Assembly (NCBI RefSeq): GCF_009914755.1 | Contig: NC_060945.1 | Reading direction: 5' to 3' (one strand) | DNA length: 64,000 bases | Source: the human T2T-CHM13v2.0 reference genome, Homo sapiens | Part shown: piece by piece, positions 27,771 through 44,325 of the stretch | Position numbering within the stretch: position 1 is the first letter of the stretch | Layout of the letters: each line of letters begins with the position of its first letter | Program-made: the position numbers and the translations under genes | The notes under the pieces: generated by a model | Database searches by the model: none | What the model saw: the letters and a program-made list of their open reading frames with translations, nothing else | What the model was told of the DNA's origin: nothing

Positions 27771-28699
27771 GTCTGTATAATTGAAAAGCTATAGCACAGA
27801 ATATTGAATTGCTATTTGTGTAAAGAAAAAAGGTCCCACTGTAGACATGGAAACAGTTCAAACAAAGGGGGACAGGAGTAGATAGGAGTGGATTAAAAGA
27901 AGATATGTTATTTTCTCATGGCAGAGAATATGTTGACTGCCTTAGAAACATAAACAAAATATGAGAAATATTTTATTCTAATACAACAATGAGCAAAACT
28001 GTACTTAAGCCAGACGGCTGGAATTAGGGATTCAGGAAATAAGCATTGCAATTATATGTCAATCAAGTGATAAACTTAAAACCCTGCAGTGTCAGTTAAG
28101 AAGAAAGATTATTAGATTTATCAAAACACCACAGTGGAATACAGGAAATATAGCCCAAATGACAAAGAGAATATTTGCAGGAACTAAGAATAATCATTTT
28201 AAAGGAAAATAGGTTGAAATTAAGTCAAGAATGTTGAACAATGATCATAATAAAAACAACTCTGAAAGCCTGTTAGAAACCTATTGCCTCTGGCTCCTTA
28301 GAATATTTAAGAATTTGATGTCCAGAAACAGTCATGGCCCTTTCAGGAATATAATGTCGGTTTATAATGAAATTTTCAAAAATTCATAAAAGATTCACAA
28401 GTCTAAAAAGAACAATGCAGATCCTCAGAGATTCTTACATTTAAATAAATGTAGAACATTTATGTATACTGCAGGACAGAACTTGACATATTATAAAGAA
28501 TTTTCAAAGAGCAAATAATTAGTTTTGTCTTGAAAAATGTAAGATTTTAAAATGGTATGGTATCTTTAAAAATCTGATAGTTCACCTATAAAAAAATGTT
28601 GCTAGAAAAGATTGGTATCAGGGTGGGCACAACTTATAGGCAGGAGAATATTTTCTTATTTCTGGAAAAGAATCAGCATAGAAGGTGCTTTACATATTT

Positions 28700-29460
28700 C
28701 TTTAAATTCAAGATAAATGATACCAAATGTGGAACAGATGCTATTTTGGAGACAGGAATACATATGATATTAACAAAGAGAAATTAAACAGCAAAAGCAA
28801 TTCATAAATAGTGACACATAAAGATGGGTACTATATTGCAAAATTCAAAGGAGTATGACGTGGAGAAATGAGAACTATAAATTGTCAGCCTCACAGGGAT
28901 TTGAATAGTCTTTTACATATATCAGAAAGAGAATTCAAGTTTTTATGTCATAAAATTCAGGGAACAGTTAGTTTGTTAACTCAGTGGCTTGATTGGGTAT
29001 AGATACAGTCTTGGAAAATAACTCTCATGACAGTGCAGATTGAGGAGATGCTGGCAGCCAGAAACTATGTTATAGCACAGTGAAGAGTTTATGAGCATCT
29101 AAATAGAAAATTGGGCAGAGCCAATGGAGTGGAAGAGATGGATATATCTGACCCGCTAGAGTAGTGAGTGTCATGGTTATGAATGACACTCCAAGATGTG
29201 GAACATGGAAGAATTGCAGACAATTTTGTGATTTCTAACTGAGATGCTAAGCAGATGTTGATGCTATTAATCTAGGAAAGCAGGAAATAAATACAAAGTA
29301 AAGGGCAAGTCAGATTGCAAGACTGAAGAGAGGAGAAGCAGGAAAAAATATAATATGAAAATACAATATGAGTAAGGATTTGCACATAGTGAGCCTAAAG
29401 TTCTAGTTCAAATTGAGATAGAAAAGTCTAGAAGCTAATGAGAAAATGAGTATACTCATT
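28700..29460 (-). mobile_element. L2 fragment, highly decayed
   Basis: Purine-rich L2-antisense-like motifs (GGAGTGGAAGAGATGGATA; GAATGACACTCCAAGATG; GATGTTGATGCTATTAA). Confidence 0.45.
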
Positions 29461-31499
29461 ATTACCATTTCCTTTCACACTTCTGATAGGATTATGCTTA
29501 TCATATACTGTACATTATTTTTCTGATCCTGTTGGCCTTGCTCGTTGATAATCCTCTCATCTATATACCTCATCTCTCGCTTCTCATCTTCAGATAGCAA
29601 AAAATAAGTACAAAATACATACACACTTTTAGGTGAGGAAGTGTTTGTCAAATTAAATTAAAGAATTCGGCTTTCACTTTCTCATTGAAAAATACACTTC
29701 TATAAATGGAATGGCTTTAAGTATTTATTCATAGCTATGCATTCATCCTGCAATGCTTCAACTAGAAAAAAGGAAGAAGAAAATGAAAAGGGCCTAGGAT
29801 ATTAGTATCCTGTTGAAATAAAAGTAAAACTTCAATTTCTTTCCTGTCTAATGGAACACTTTTTGTCTCCAGTGAATGGCAGACCAGGCAGCCTTGTCAT
29901 TGTAGAAGTAAAAGGGACGTGAGTGGCTTCAGCCTGGGATAGTGATGTAAAAGGAGATAATTAAAAAGAGAGATTTGATTATGTGAAACCAAAAAAAAAT
30001 GCTCACTCTCTTAACATACTTTTTGTGCAAATGTGTTCCACTCCCTATGGGGACTGACTGAAATTAAACAGTGATTCTTTGGGAGCAAGGAGGATCTTCT
30101 ACTTAAACAGAATCCTTATCAAGATCACCCCGGGATTTGACCGAGATGGTCAGGAACAGACCTTCATCAGAGAAGGTGTATAAAGACCAGTATGAAGTGC
30201 CCAGTGGAATCCGAACAGATGAATAACTCACTTAAAATATCTGTTAAAAGGAAACTTCCAGAATCTTGGGGGAAAAAAATCCCATTTAAATAGCTTTTAA
30301 TCACCCCTGAGCATCCATGATATGCTTTCTCTGAGGAGCACAGGTATTTGGCCTCTCTGGGAGACTGCATTGCCTTCCTGGTAGAGTTTTTATTTTTTTA
30401 TTTATTTTACTTATTTATTATTTCGTCTAGGTTTGGAGAGTCATCTTTAAATTTCTATGGAGATGTTATTCTCCCTTGCTGAGAAAAGATATTGAGAGTT
30501 ACAGAAACTGATGTTATACTGTCGATTTGGAAGCAAGTATGTTCAAAAATATGCATTTGATATTCTGGAAGGTATGACTTGAGGAAGCTTCAGGGGTCTT
30601 AACTTCACATTTGCACCAATATTTTGAGCAGAGGAGGAGAAAGAAACAAAATAGAACCAGTATTCTTACCCCAACCAGTATTATTCAGTAGAACCTGAGT
30701 AACTCACTGTGAAATTCTATTGGGAGGACTGGACTTGGCTGCTTCAAAAAGGAAAATCATGGAGTCAGATAGATGGGATAAACAAGTTGTGTGAGACAAA
30801 CAGACATGATTGCATGGTCCCTAGTAAAGAGAACTCTAGTGAATTTGCTGCTACAAACAAAAAGAGACAGAGAAAAATTATTTCCTTTATATTTCAGTCA
30901 ATAACTACTCCATCAACCAAAAAGCCCACAGCTTTTGCTGCAAACCTCAGTGACATGTTGACCTTCAGCTTCTCCCACTGGGATGCACAATAATTTTTGT
31001 TTGAAAAATTGACTTTCCCATGATGAAAGAAAAGTGAGAAAAGAATTGTTTTATTCACCTGAGCAAAACCAGCATAACATTTCAGACCTTTGTCTTTTTT
31101 GTGAAACTCACCACTCCATTAAGATTGATCATGTCTATGAGGCTAAAAGTTATAGTCAAGAGCTTCTAATTTATGAAAAGAATAGCAGACCTTTCTTTTT
31201 AAAGTGATCATTTTCAACACGAACTAAATTTAAAATAGTATGTATTTGGATTTAGTAACTTATTATTCTTACTTTTGTATTTAAAATATCCTGTAAATTA
31301 CTAAACTCTATAACATGCATATCATCAGTAACTAAATTGTTTTGAAATTCTGGCATCAGTTTAGAAGAAATTTCTGCATTTATAGGAGGTGTTAACATCT
31401 GTAAAGTTTAAAAATAAATATAACTCAAGATTTCATACTAAAAAATGTATTTTCAAAATTTACATTTTTTTAAAATAACTCGTGACAGTTTTTTTACAG

Positions 31500-31890
31500 A
31501 ACTTGGTAATTTTGCTTCTACCACATCTCCAGGCTCACTTTGCATCCAGCACCTTCCTTGATCACCAGTCAAACTTTCATCTTTCTGTTTCTGGAGTTCA
31601 CCAAGCTCTTTCCCAATTGAGGTTACTTATATATGTATATGTTTTGCCTGGGCTATTCTTCACCACACTGTTCATGTGGCTAATTCTTTTATTATCTTTA
31701 AAGGTCACCTTAAATGACAGGAATGTGTTACCTTTCCTGGCTCCAAATCCAAAATTAGGTCTTATCCCTTTATTACATTTACCCATAGATTTTCTTGATA
31801 GCACAGGGAAATAGAGTTTTATTCATCCTTGTATCCCCAGCACCTATCATATTATATAGTAGGCACCCAGGAAATATTCATTGCATGAAT
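31500..31890 (+). mobile_element. L2 3' end
   Basis: TTATTCATCCTTGTATCCCCAGCACCTATCATATTATATAGTAGGCACCCAGGAAATATTCATTGCATGAAT matches the L2 terminus. Confidence 0.75.
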
Positions 31891-32995
31891 TAAGTAGAGA
31901 TGGTCTGTGCTTTCAAAGAACTTTCAGTCTTCATAATGAATATAAATAATAAAAATATTAAATTAAATTGCATTATAAATGTTATATTAGGAAATACATA
32001 TAGGATGCTTTCTAACCTGTACTTAGAGTAAAATTCAAAGTGGAATCTAAAGGATAAATATGAATCAACCAAAAAAGAAGGGTAGGTTTTCATCTACTTG
32101 TATCTAATAGATACATTTTTGTATTGAAAAAAATGTTTCAGGTAGATATATTTTATCCAAAATTGCTTCAGGCAAATAGAGATACAAAGGGCCAATGGAG
32201 AAGTATCTCAACATGGTTAAGCCTAGTGGACATCACTGTCCTGCCTAAGATAAAGACTGTCACTGAAGACCCTGCTTATCTTTAACATTGTCCATTTTGT
32301 AGTGCCATCAGGAGGTATTAAAGAAAACCCTCAGGGTACAGAGTAACAACAACCATATATGCTTTTACCAGCTACTTCTTGTCAGTAACTAAAAGAAAAA
32401 TATTGTATATTGTTTTATAGAGTGCTTAAATGACATTTACCTACACAAATATCAAATTGCAAACACTTTGTGCTTCAAAACTTATTTATAAGTTTTGTTT
32501 ATATATTATTTATAACCTCGGTATGATTTAAACCATATAACAAAATAGCAAGAGAGGAAAAGAGAACTGCAAAAGAACTGCAAGACAGACAGAAAATAAT
32601 GAACAAAATGGAAATAGTAAGTCCTTCCATTGGAGGAACACATAGACTGAAAGTGAAGGTATGGAAAAGATGTCTCATGCAAATGGTTACCTAAACAGAG
32701 AAGAAGTAGCTGTCCTTAGACAAAATCAACATTAAATCAAAAACTGTCACAGGAGACAAGTACATTATGTAATGACTAGAGGGTCAATCACTCCAGAAAA
32801 TACAACAATTAAAAATATATATGCACAGAACATCAGAGTGCCTAATATCTAGAGCAAACTTTGACAGACCTGAAGAAATAAATAGGCATTAATACCAGAA
32901 TATTTGGACACTTCAATACCCCACTTCCAATAAGGGATAGAAAGTCCAGAAATAAAGTCAATAAGGAAATAACAGGCTTGAACAATACTATAGAC

Positions 32996-33295
32996 CAGGG
33001 ACCCCCAATCCCTGGGCCACAGACCAGTGTTGGTCCATGTCCTGTTAGGAACTGGGCCACACTGCAGGAGGTGAGCTGTGGGACAGGTAGCATTACAGCC
33101 TGAGCTCTGCCTCTGTCAGATCAGCAGTGGCATTAGATTCTCACAGGGAATGAACCATATTGTGAACTGCACATGGTAGGGATCTAGGTTCTGTACTTCT
33201 CGTGAGAATCAGAAACCACCCCCGACCCTCCCTTCGCATGGAAAAGCTGTCTTACATGAAACCAGTCTCTGGTCCAAAAAGGCTGGGCACTGCTA
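32996..33295 (+). mobile_element. MER1B (hAT-Charlie) with an internal deletion
   Basis: CAGGGACCCCCAATCCCTGGGCCACAGACCAG..GATCAGCAGTGGCATTAGATTCTCA..CCAAAAAGGCTGGGCACTGCTA. Degenerate 8-bp TSD CTATAGAC/CTGTAAAC. Confidence 0.9.
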
Positions 33296-35692
33296 CTGTA
33301 AACCCAATGAAACTAATAGACATATAGAGAACATTCCACCCAACAGCAACAGAATATACATTCTTCCAACGTGCACATGGAAAATTTTCCAGGATACATC
33401 AAATGATAGGTCACAAAAACAACCCTTAGCAAATTTAAGAACATTGAAATCTTACTAAGTACCTTTTCTGACTACAATAGAATTAAACTACAAATAAATA
33501 TCAGAAGAAAAGCCAGAAAAGTCACAAATATTTGGGAAATTTAAAAACACACTTTTGAGTAACCAATTGGTAAAAGAAAATCAAAAGTGCTATTAGAAAC
33601 TATTTTCAGCAAACAAAAATATAAACACAACATAGCAAAACTTATGGTACACAACAAAAGCAGTACTGGGAGAACATTTTATAGCAATAAATGTGTACAA
33701 TAATACAGAATAAAGACCTCAATAAACAACCTAACTTTCCATCTCAACAAACTAGAAATAGAAGAACAAGCTAAGCTCAAAAGTAGCAGAAGAAAGTAAA
33801 TAATAAATGTTAGAGGAGCAATAAGCGAAATAGAGACTAGGAAAAAATAGAAAAAAATAGTGAAACTAAAAATTGTAATTTTAAAAAGATCCAAAAATTG
33901 ACAAACCATTAGCTAAACTAAGAAAAAAGAGAGAATGCTCAGATAAATAAGATCAGAAATGAAAGAGGAACCATTATAAATGATGCCAAAGAAATACAAA
34001 GGGTAAGAAAAGACTTAATGAATAATTATACACCAACAAACCAGATAATCTAGAGAAAATAGATAATCCCTATAAATATACAACTTATCACAACTGAACC
34101 ATGAAAAAAACAGAATATCTGAAAAGGCCTATAACTATAACAAAATTCAATCTGTAAGTACAACCTCTCACAAAGAAAAGCCCGGGAAGAGATGGCTGCA
34201 ATGTAGAAATCTACAAAGCATTTAAAGACTTAATGTCAATCATTTTCAATTTCTTCAAAAAAGATTCAAGAGAAAACATTTACAAATTTATTTTATGAGT
34301 CCAGCATTACTTTGATTCTAAAGTCAGACAAAGACACTTCAAGGAAAGAAAGCTACAGGCAAATATGCCTGATGAATGTAGATGCACAAACCCTCAACAA
34401 AATACTAGCAAACTTAATTTAACAGCACATTGAAACAATCATACACAATGACCAAGTGATATTTATCTCTGGGATCCAAGGATGGATCAATATACACAAA
34501 TCAATAATGTGATTTACTACATTAACAGACTGAGGAATAAAAATCATATCCTTTAGTCAATAGATGCAGAAAAAGAATTTGACAAAATTCAACAATCACT
34601 CATGGTGAAAACCAAATCAGATATAGAAGGAACGTGCCTTAACTTCATAAAGGCCCATATCTGACAAGCCCACAGTTAACATCATACTCAGTGATAAAAA
34701 AACAAAAACTTTTCCTGTAAGATCAAGAGCAAGACAAGGATGCCCAGTCTCGCCACTTTTATTCAACATAGTACAGGAAGTCCTGGTTGGAATAATTAGG
34801 CAAGAAAAAGAAACAACAGACACCCAAATCAGGAAGAAACAAGCAAAATTATCTCTGTTTACAGATGACAGGAATTCATATGTAGAAAACCATAAAGAAT
34901 TTCCCCCAAAAAACCCTATTAGAACTAATAAGCAAATTCAGTAAAATTGCAGAATACAAAATCCACATATGAAATAATCAGTTGCATTTCTATACACTAA
35001 TAATGAACTATCCAAAAGAAAATTTTTTAAAAAATCTCATTTACAATGGAATCAAAAAGAAAAAGATAGGAATTAACTTATCTAGGGAGATAAAAGACAT
35101 ACATTGGAAAATAAACATTGATGAAAGAAATTAAAGAAGACACAAATAAATTGAAAGCCATCTTGTGTTTATGGATTACAAGAATTAATATTGTTTGAAT
35201 GTTCATACTACACAAAGGAATCTACAGATTCAATGAAATTCTTACCAAAATCCCAATGGCATTTTTTACAGATATGGAAAAATCAATTCTAAATTTATTT
35301 GGAATGACAAAAGACCTCAAGCAGTCAAAACAATCTTGAGAAAGTAGAAGAAAACTGAAGGCAACACACTTCCAAATTTCAAAATGTGTTACAAAACTAT
35401 GATAATTAAAATAGTATTGTGCTGGCATAAAGACAGACATACATTCAAGTGGAATAGAATAGAAAAACTAATGCATTTTTAAAAATTAATTGATTATGGA
35501 CAATAGTGCCAAGAATACACAATAGAGAAAATATAGTCTCCTCAACAAATGGTTTTGGAATAACTGGATATCTACTTGCAAAGAATGAAATTAGACCCTT
35601 ATCTTACTCCATACACAAAATCAACTCAAAATGGACTGAAGACCTAAAGATAAGACCTGAAACTATAGAACTCCTAAAAGAAAAGCATAAGG

Positions 35693-36048
<356 letters not shown>

Positions 36049-37336
36049 CTATGACACCAAAAGCATAGGCAACGAAAGCAAAAACAAACAATGGAACTAC
36101 ATCAAGCTAAAACATTTCTCCATAGCAAAGAAAACAATTAGCAGAGTGAAGAAACAACCTATGGAATAGGAGAATTTGCAAGCCATGCATATGAAAAGTG
36201 GTATATCCAAAATATATAAGAAATTCATTCAACTTCATAGCAATAAAACAAATAACCCAACTGAAAAATGAGGGAAGGACATGAATAGATCTCTCTCCAA
36301 AGAACATATACAAAGACCAACAGGTGTGTGGAAAGGTGCTAATATCACAAATTATCAGTGAAATGCAAATCCAAATTGCGATGATATATCACCTCACACC
36401 TATCAGAATGACTATTATCAAGAAAAAAAACACAAGACAATAAGGGTTGATGAAGATGTGGAGAAATTGGAATCTTTTTACACTCTTGGTAGAAGTGTGA
36501 AACGTTACTATGAAAACAGAATGGAGTTTCCTAAAAGAATGTATTAGAATTGAATTACCATATGATCCATCAATCTCACTGTAGGGATTGTATATCCCAA
36601 ATTGATATCCAGAAGAATTGTAATTAGGATATCAAAGAGATACTTGTACCCCGATGTTTGTTCCATTTACAATAGCCAAGATGTGGAAACAACCTAAATG
36701 TCCATCAAAGGATAAATGGATAAAGAAATGTGGTATATACACACAATGGAATATTATTCAACCTTACAAAAGGAAGAAATGCTGCAATATGCAACAACGT
36801 TGAAGCTAAGTGAAATAAGTCTGTCACAAGAAGATCAATACTGCATGATTCCAATTCTATAAGGTATCTAAAATAGCAAAACATAGAAGCAGAGAATAGA
36901 ATAGAATGGTGGTTGCCAGGGTCAGGGGATAGGGACAAATGGGAAACTGCTATTCGATGGGTATTAAGTTTCAGTTATGCAAAATGACTGAGTTCTTCAA
37001 ATCTGCTGTATAACATTGTGCCTGTGGTAACAATACTGTGTTCTACACTTAAGATTTTGTTGAGAGTAGGTCTTGTTTTAAGTGTTCCCAAGCATAATTT
37101 TAAAAGAAAGAAAGATGGCATCCATCAATCTCCAAAGTCTATCCTTCCACTTAGTGATCTAAAAGAAAGATGGATTGTATTCGCCACGATTGAAGCAGAA
37201 AAGTGTACAGGAAGATTTTAGTTAGCCTAACTGGATCCTTGTGCCCAATCTCTAAGCAATCATTTTTTCCATAGAGATACAATGTTATATGGGACAAGCC
37301 TAGGCCTCAACCCAATCTTGCTGCCAAGAAAAGTGA

Positions 37337-37739
<403 letters not shown>

Positions 37740-40280
37740 GCCTCCACTATTTATTAGACTTCAGTTGGAATTGCCAGAAATAACTAAATAAATGCCAATG
37801 TGTGCAACCAACACCATTAGAATTAGAAAAAGAAAATGAAAAAATTGGATTGGATAGAGAAAATTTTCATTTATTTTTACAGTCAGATGAGTATGAAGCA
37901 CTGAAAATCCAGAGGCACAAGTAAGAAGTAAAAAGAAAATTCAGGAGTTCAGAAAGGTACAAGAAGGCTGTTCAGTGTTGCCTATGTTGAAATACTGTCT
38001 CCAATTTTGGCAACAAGTAAAATGCTGATGGTTTTTATGAAATATCTTTATTAATTTTGTAGCCATAAACTTCATCTTTTCATAATTAAATCTAGTATTC
38101 CCACCCCTGTGGTCATACATCTCCTGGGAAACTAGTATATTCCTCAACAAATTCCAATCCTATATTAAGAAAAGTAAAAAGCAAAGAAGGAAAATAAAGA
38201 TATGCATATGTAACTATCTCAAATTTCATCTTCTGGCTGTCCTCTTTCCTAAGCATCTTCTAAAGTGTTATGGATTTAATGTCTCTTTTTAAGAGGTCTT
38301 TAAAACAGAATGAAACTTTAAAGCTCAATTTTGTGCCTTCTTGAAGCATAAAAATAATAAGCAGTTTTGCAAAAACACAGACTATGCTAGTTTTTATTTT
38401 TCTCTAAAGCATGTGGTAGAAAGAACCAACTTTCTTTGGAAATAAATGTTATATTTTGTTCCTTCATTTGTCAGCATGGTTTAGTGATTGTTTCGTTCAG
38501 GTTGTATGGGAAATCTCAAGGTGAGTTATCTCCAATCAAAGAAGTTGAAGTGACCTAAGCAAGAAAGCACATTTTGTGCCTTACAGTATACTCACTTGTC
38601 TCTTTAGGGAACTAACTACTCATTTCCTTGTGTTCTCAAAACGTGGCCATTTAAAGAAACTTAATTATAATAATTTTGTAAACATTTCCTTCCTCATGTA
38701 CTCATTAACTTAGATGGAATTGAAACTTTTTATAGATACCACTATGACTAGAGTCACACATATTACACATAAGTAATTACAAAGTTAAAGTTAGAACAAA
38801 AATAATATATTTATGACCACTTCATTTGCTGGTTAATTAGTGGAATTTGGAATCAGGTCAGGCTACAGAGCAATGGTGTACTAGCTAAATTTTTTAAAAA
38901 TAGTGTTTGAATTTCTTCAGATTCTAGAATTTTTTTATTTGTTTTAAGAGTGTTTAATGTGCAGGAACTATCTCATGTATTCCAGTCACTATTGCTTCAA
39001 AGAAAAAGAAAAGTATCTGCATTGATGGTCAAAACCAAAATTTTAAAAATAGAAGAAAAAATATATAAAATTGCTTGAGTGAGGGTACAATAGAATTAAT
39101 AGATTAATGAATGAACTAAAAACTACATTAATATATTAATATGTAAAATGAATCTATCTGTTAGCCCATTGTTAAAAAATGATTTTCTTCCTTTCGATTC
39201 TCTTCTTCCAGATTCTTTGTCTTTTTCTATGGACCAATTGTCATCTTTCCTAACAGAAGACTACGCATCCCTGTGATACCTCTCAGATGACAACAAAGTT
39301 CTGTAAGGTTTCTTGTGTGGAAATGACAGGACACATCCTCAAATCCTGCCAGCATTTGTTTAGTAAGAGTGCTGGATCATTTGAGGGTTACTTTTAAATT
39401 TCCTGAGCCAATGGTCCTCCTAAGCCAACTATTCATTCTGTGTAATGGCTGATGAAATTAACAAGGGACAAACCAAATCCCAATTGCCTATAGAGCGGTA
39501 CATCAAAGATATGCATATCCAAAACATAGATAAAATCATATATACTATCTTGTAGTGTGGTTTTTGTCTGGAGATGTTTTCATTTTTTACTCTTTCTAGA
39601 CCAATAAGCCACACAGAATGATTTACATTAGTGTTGATGGGCCAGATGGTTTTGAACAACATTGATACCATTTAATAGGCATAAGATATACTTTAGGTTT
39701 TATTTAATGTTTATGTCATCTTTATGTAACTATATTAGGGTAAATAAATGATAAATGCTTACAATTTTCAAGTAAATAGTAAAATAGTCAATAGTTCTTG
39801 GATATGCAATTGCAGTATTCCACAGTCAACAGAATCAGTATTAAAACCAGCTTAACTTCTATGACAAGCAAATATAAGTACCCTAGAAATATGTTGGCTT
39901 TCATAATGAAGCTATATTAATATACAACATTGAATGTATATTCTACAAATTGAAATTTTTAAAGAAATAAGCTGGCTGCATTTATAGATCTCCTAGGAGA
40001 CTTCCACTCCATGTGACCTTAGAGATCATCATTTTTATCATTTTACAGTGTAGCTTACCATCACATTTTAAAGCTCATTTACCATCACATTTAATTTAAT
40101 AAGAATAGTGTCTTTAAGTTGGATTTAATTATCCCAATGTTTCAAGTGATAAAATTGGGGATCTGAATTTTAAATAATTTGTTTCAGGACACAAAGATAC
40201 AAAGTGGCATGAGCCATGATTTAAACACAAGTGTGTTGTAGGAGACTGCATCGCACAAGGCGCTAAAGTGACCTGCATAA

Positions 40281-40601
<321 letters not shown>

Positions 40602-41684
40602 TAATTTTTTAGGCATTCACTCCACAAAGGGCTCACTGGCATTTTTCACAACACTGATTTGTTTTCTTGCAAAGATGTAGACATTCCTTTCTGCCACACA
40701 TCTATGGTCTACAATAAGAACCCAGTGTTTCTCCAGCATGGATAGAGTGAGGCTTGTAATTTCCTCTGTGAAGCAACTTAGCTGATGTGGAGGAATGGTT
40801 CTCAGCATACACTTGATTATTTTTCTTCATTTTCAAAGTCAAGCATATCTTTTGCAAAATGCTGCAGGCTTTTTGTTTGTTTGTTTGTTGTTTGTTTTGC
40901 TTTTTACTCTTGCCACAACACAAATGTTTTACTCCTTTTCTAACACAAATTTTCATTACCTACATCCAATGTACTGAAAGGCTTAAAAATGAAACACTGT
41001 CTAAGCCTTTGAGATATAAAATTGAATTAGATTTACACTACACAAAGCTGTCTCTCTATAGTCCACATAATCTCTCCCATCTCAAAAATTACATTGCTAA
41101 TATATATGAACTGAAAGAGAAGCCAATTCAGGAAGGAGCTGATTCAAGAAGTGCAAAGAGATAATCCCATTACAATGAGTTTTCAACTCAATTAAATAAG
41201 GCTCAAGAGACTGGGCAAATTATTGGGGCTATTCATATCATTTCATTAGAGCAAAATTTCACTGTAATGAAAAGAGAAGTTATTAGCTAGACCTTGAAAA
41301 GGCAATTCAAGATTATTTTTCTAATGTGATTTGACTTGTTTATAAGTATTTCTTAAAGCTAGTTTTATCTGTCATAGCTTATTATAAGAGGTTTCATTAT
41401 TGTTTTTCAAGAAATGCCAAATTGCTAAATCTCAATGGGGAGCTTCATGTGTATATGTCTGAAGAGCAAAGACTACATGCATTTTTATTTGTATGTATGT
41501 TAATAAACACCATTTTCTGAAAAATTACAGTTCAATAGACTATTCATAAAACATCAAAATTTTATCTCAGTGAATAAAATACTAAGTATTCAAATTATTA
41601 TACTTTATTCCAAAATTTCAACTAACAAAGATTTTCTGTTTATTAGCATTCTTACTGATATGTATCTATTCGAGATGAAATTTG

Positions 41685-41980
41685 GGAAGAGGGAGGGAGC
41701 TGGTCGGAGGTGATAGGATCATGGGGTTGGTTTCCCCATGCTTTTCTTGTGATAGTGCGTGAGTTCTCACAAGAGCCGATGGCTTAAAAGTGTGTCACTT
41801 CCAATCTCTCTCTCTCTTGTGCATGCATGCATGCACACGTTCTCTCCTGCAACCTTAGGAAGAAAGTTCTTGCTTTCCCTTCACCTTCCACCATGATTGT
41901 AAGTTTCCTAAGGCCTCCCAAGCCATGGAGAACTGTGAGTCAATTAAACATTGTTCCTTTATAAATTATCCCATCTTAGA
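41685..41980 (+). mobile_element. MSTA/THE1D-like MaLR LTR fragment, both ends truncated
   Basis: GGAGGTGATAGGATCATGGGG..GTGAGTTCTCACAAGA..CCTTCCACCATGATTGTAAGTTTCCTAAGGCCTCCCAAGCCATG..AACTGTGAGTCAATTAAAC. Confidence 0.85.
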
Positions 41981-42559
41981 AGACACCCTGTCATCCCATG
42001 TGAATGGAATTTATGCTCCTCCTTCTCTGTAGGCTGGGTCTTTGATTTGTCTGGCTTCCTTGGATGCAAATCCAGGACAGTCTGCCATCAACCCTGACAT
42101 TGGGATGGACTATAAAACAGTCTCTCTCCACAATTAATTCCAGTGTTCCAACATCACAAACTGGAGAATGACTATAGTAGCCTGATATTTTTCCTCCTAT
42201 GTGTATTCATTCCCTACAAATATTGATATCTTCTAAATAAACCGTAAAATTCTTTATATATAGCACATATATGACCCTTAGAAGTGTTTATTACAAGAAC
42301 TTAGGTGGAAGAGTGTGTATCAGTTTGTGCTAGCTGTTCCCACGTAGCAGCTCTTTTGTAAGGCACAAGGTAAGTAGCTAGATTTGTGTAACAGAACAGA
42401 ACGCCCAGAAACAGACTCAAGTCCATTCCATGTTTGAATTACACATAACATCAAAAAATATTTTAATTAGGAAGAAAGTGAGAGATGATTCAACAAACAG
42501 TGGCAGTACACTTGGTTGACTCTTGTAGACAGAAAAGCACAGTTCAGAGAAGGTTCTGG

Positions 42560-42785
42560 CGTCATTCTCAGCACAATGTGAGTCCTAGCTTTGTAACCTA
42601 GTAACTCAGTGACTTTTGGAAGATCATTTTAACTTATTCTGTTTCAGTTAGCTTGTCTTTAAAAGGAAAATAAGCCTACCAGCTGAAGACATTGGGAGAG
42701 TTTAACAGTATCATAAATACATACTACTTAGGAAAGCACTTGACCATAGTATAAATAAATGCCTAATAAATGTTAAATCTCATAA
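42560..42785 (+). mobile_element. MIR
   Basis: GTGACTTTTGGAAGATCATTTTAACTT..AAAGCACTTGACCATAGTATAAATAAATGCCTAATAAATGTTA. Confidence 0.6.
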
Positions 42786-42806
42786 TAATTAGAAATATTA
42801 AATCAT

Positions 42807-43115
<309 letters not shown>

Positions 43116-43129
43116 TCATTAACTCACTA

Positions 43130-43735
43130 GATGAATTGCAGTTAAATGTAAATGTATAAGGCAATAAAATAAAATAATGTTTTAGCCTAGGGTAAATATC
43201 TTTCTAAATATGGTATGAAAAGCTGGAAACTAGGGGAAAAAAGGGTAAAAAGTACCTTCTTAGTGTTTTTTAGATTATTTTTGACAAAATACACATAAAG
43301 GTCTTAGTAGATTATGTGCAGTGGGGTGTATTCAATAAGTATTAGCTTAAATATAATTTGTGGAAACTGGGAGGGACAAATAAGGGACATTGGAGATAAT
43401 AAGACAAATAAAACCAAATTGAAGTCTTTTACAACCTATTAAAGATAGTGTATCATATAGGGAACATATGGGGCTCTACAATTGAAGTACCAAATAACAA
43501 TATATGCACTGTGGTCCCAAATTGTAAATTTCTATATTTGTATGTGAATGTGTCTGTTTGCATGTGGGTGTGTGTATGCCCACAAGGAGGGACAGATCTA
43601 AGAATATATTTAAAATATTGTTAATAATTTTCTCTAGTAGAATTACGGATATCTTTAATGACTTCTTTATATTTTAGAGTTTCTCTAATTTTCTACTGTG
43701 GATAAATATTATTTGCATAACGAGAAAAGTAATCT
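43130..43735 (+). mobile_element. L1ME-type fragments
   Basis: L1ME 3'-like TTTCTCTAATTTTCTACTGTGGATAAATATTATTTGCATAACGAGAAAA and A-rich ORF2-like pieces. Confidence 0.45.
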
Positions 43736-43830
43736 TAAGCTAAAATAGCAAATGTCTTTCGAAAAGCAATGAGAGAATATAATCCAGTTGAAGAAAACTG
43801 TTAAGGCATTTATTAAAGTTCAGATAAACT

Positions 43831-44325
43831 TGTCACATGGGGAACAATGTCTCAGATGTTATCCTATTTGCAGCCTAACAAGACAGCCTGTCATATTTTC
43901 ATAGATCCTGGCAGAAAGATGTGAAGTTTCTGGGTCAGTTTGTTACACACAGCTATAGCAGGATTCAGAGTAACATTTTGCCCTTATTTGCTGAGCCCCA
44001 ATTCCCACAGGGCAACATGATGAGGGTCAGGTGTTTCCTACTTACAGTGGGATGAATTACAGAACACTGATATTAGGAAGTCCATGATCTTATATAGATA
44101 CTGCCTTGCAAATTGGCCCAACCTCCTCTCCAGAGAGAGACATTACCTTTATGAACCTGGAATTTAAATCTGCTCCAGGGAGGAGAACATCCTCACCTTT
44201 CAAGACTATTTGCTTTTACAAGCATCTTGCAAAGAAAATCTAGAGAAAATTGGCTGATAATGGCTTTGTTCAGAAAATTAGACTTGCAGAAATGTGAGAG
44301 ATCACAAGAGAATTGTCTCCCAACA
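43831..44325 (-). mobile_element. LTR40-like ERVL solo LTR
   Basis: Reverse complement begins TGTTGGGAGACAATTCTCTTGTGATCTCTCACATTTCTGCAAGTC, matching the recalled LTR40 start; TG..CA ends. Confidence 0.75.
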
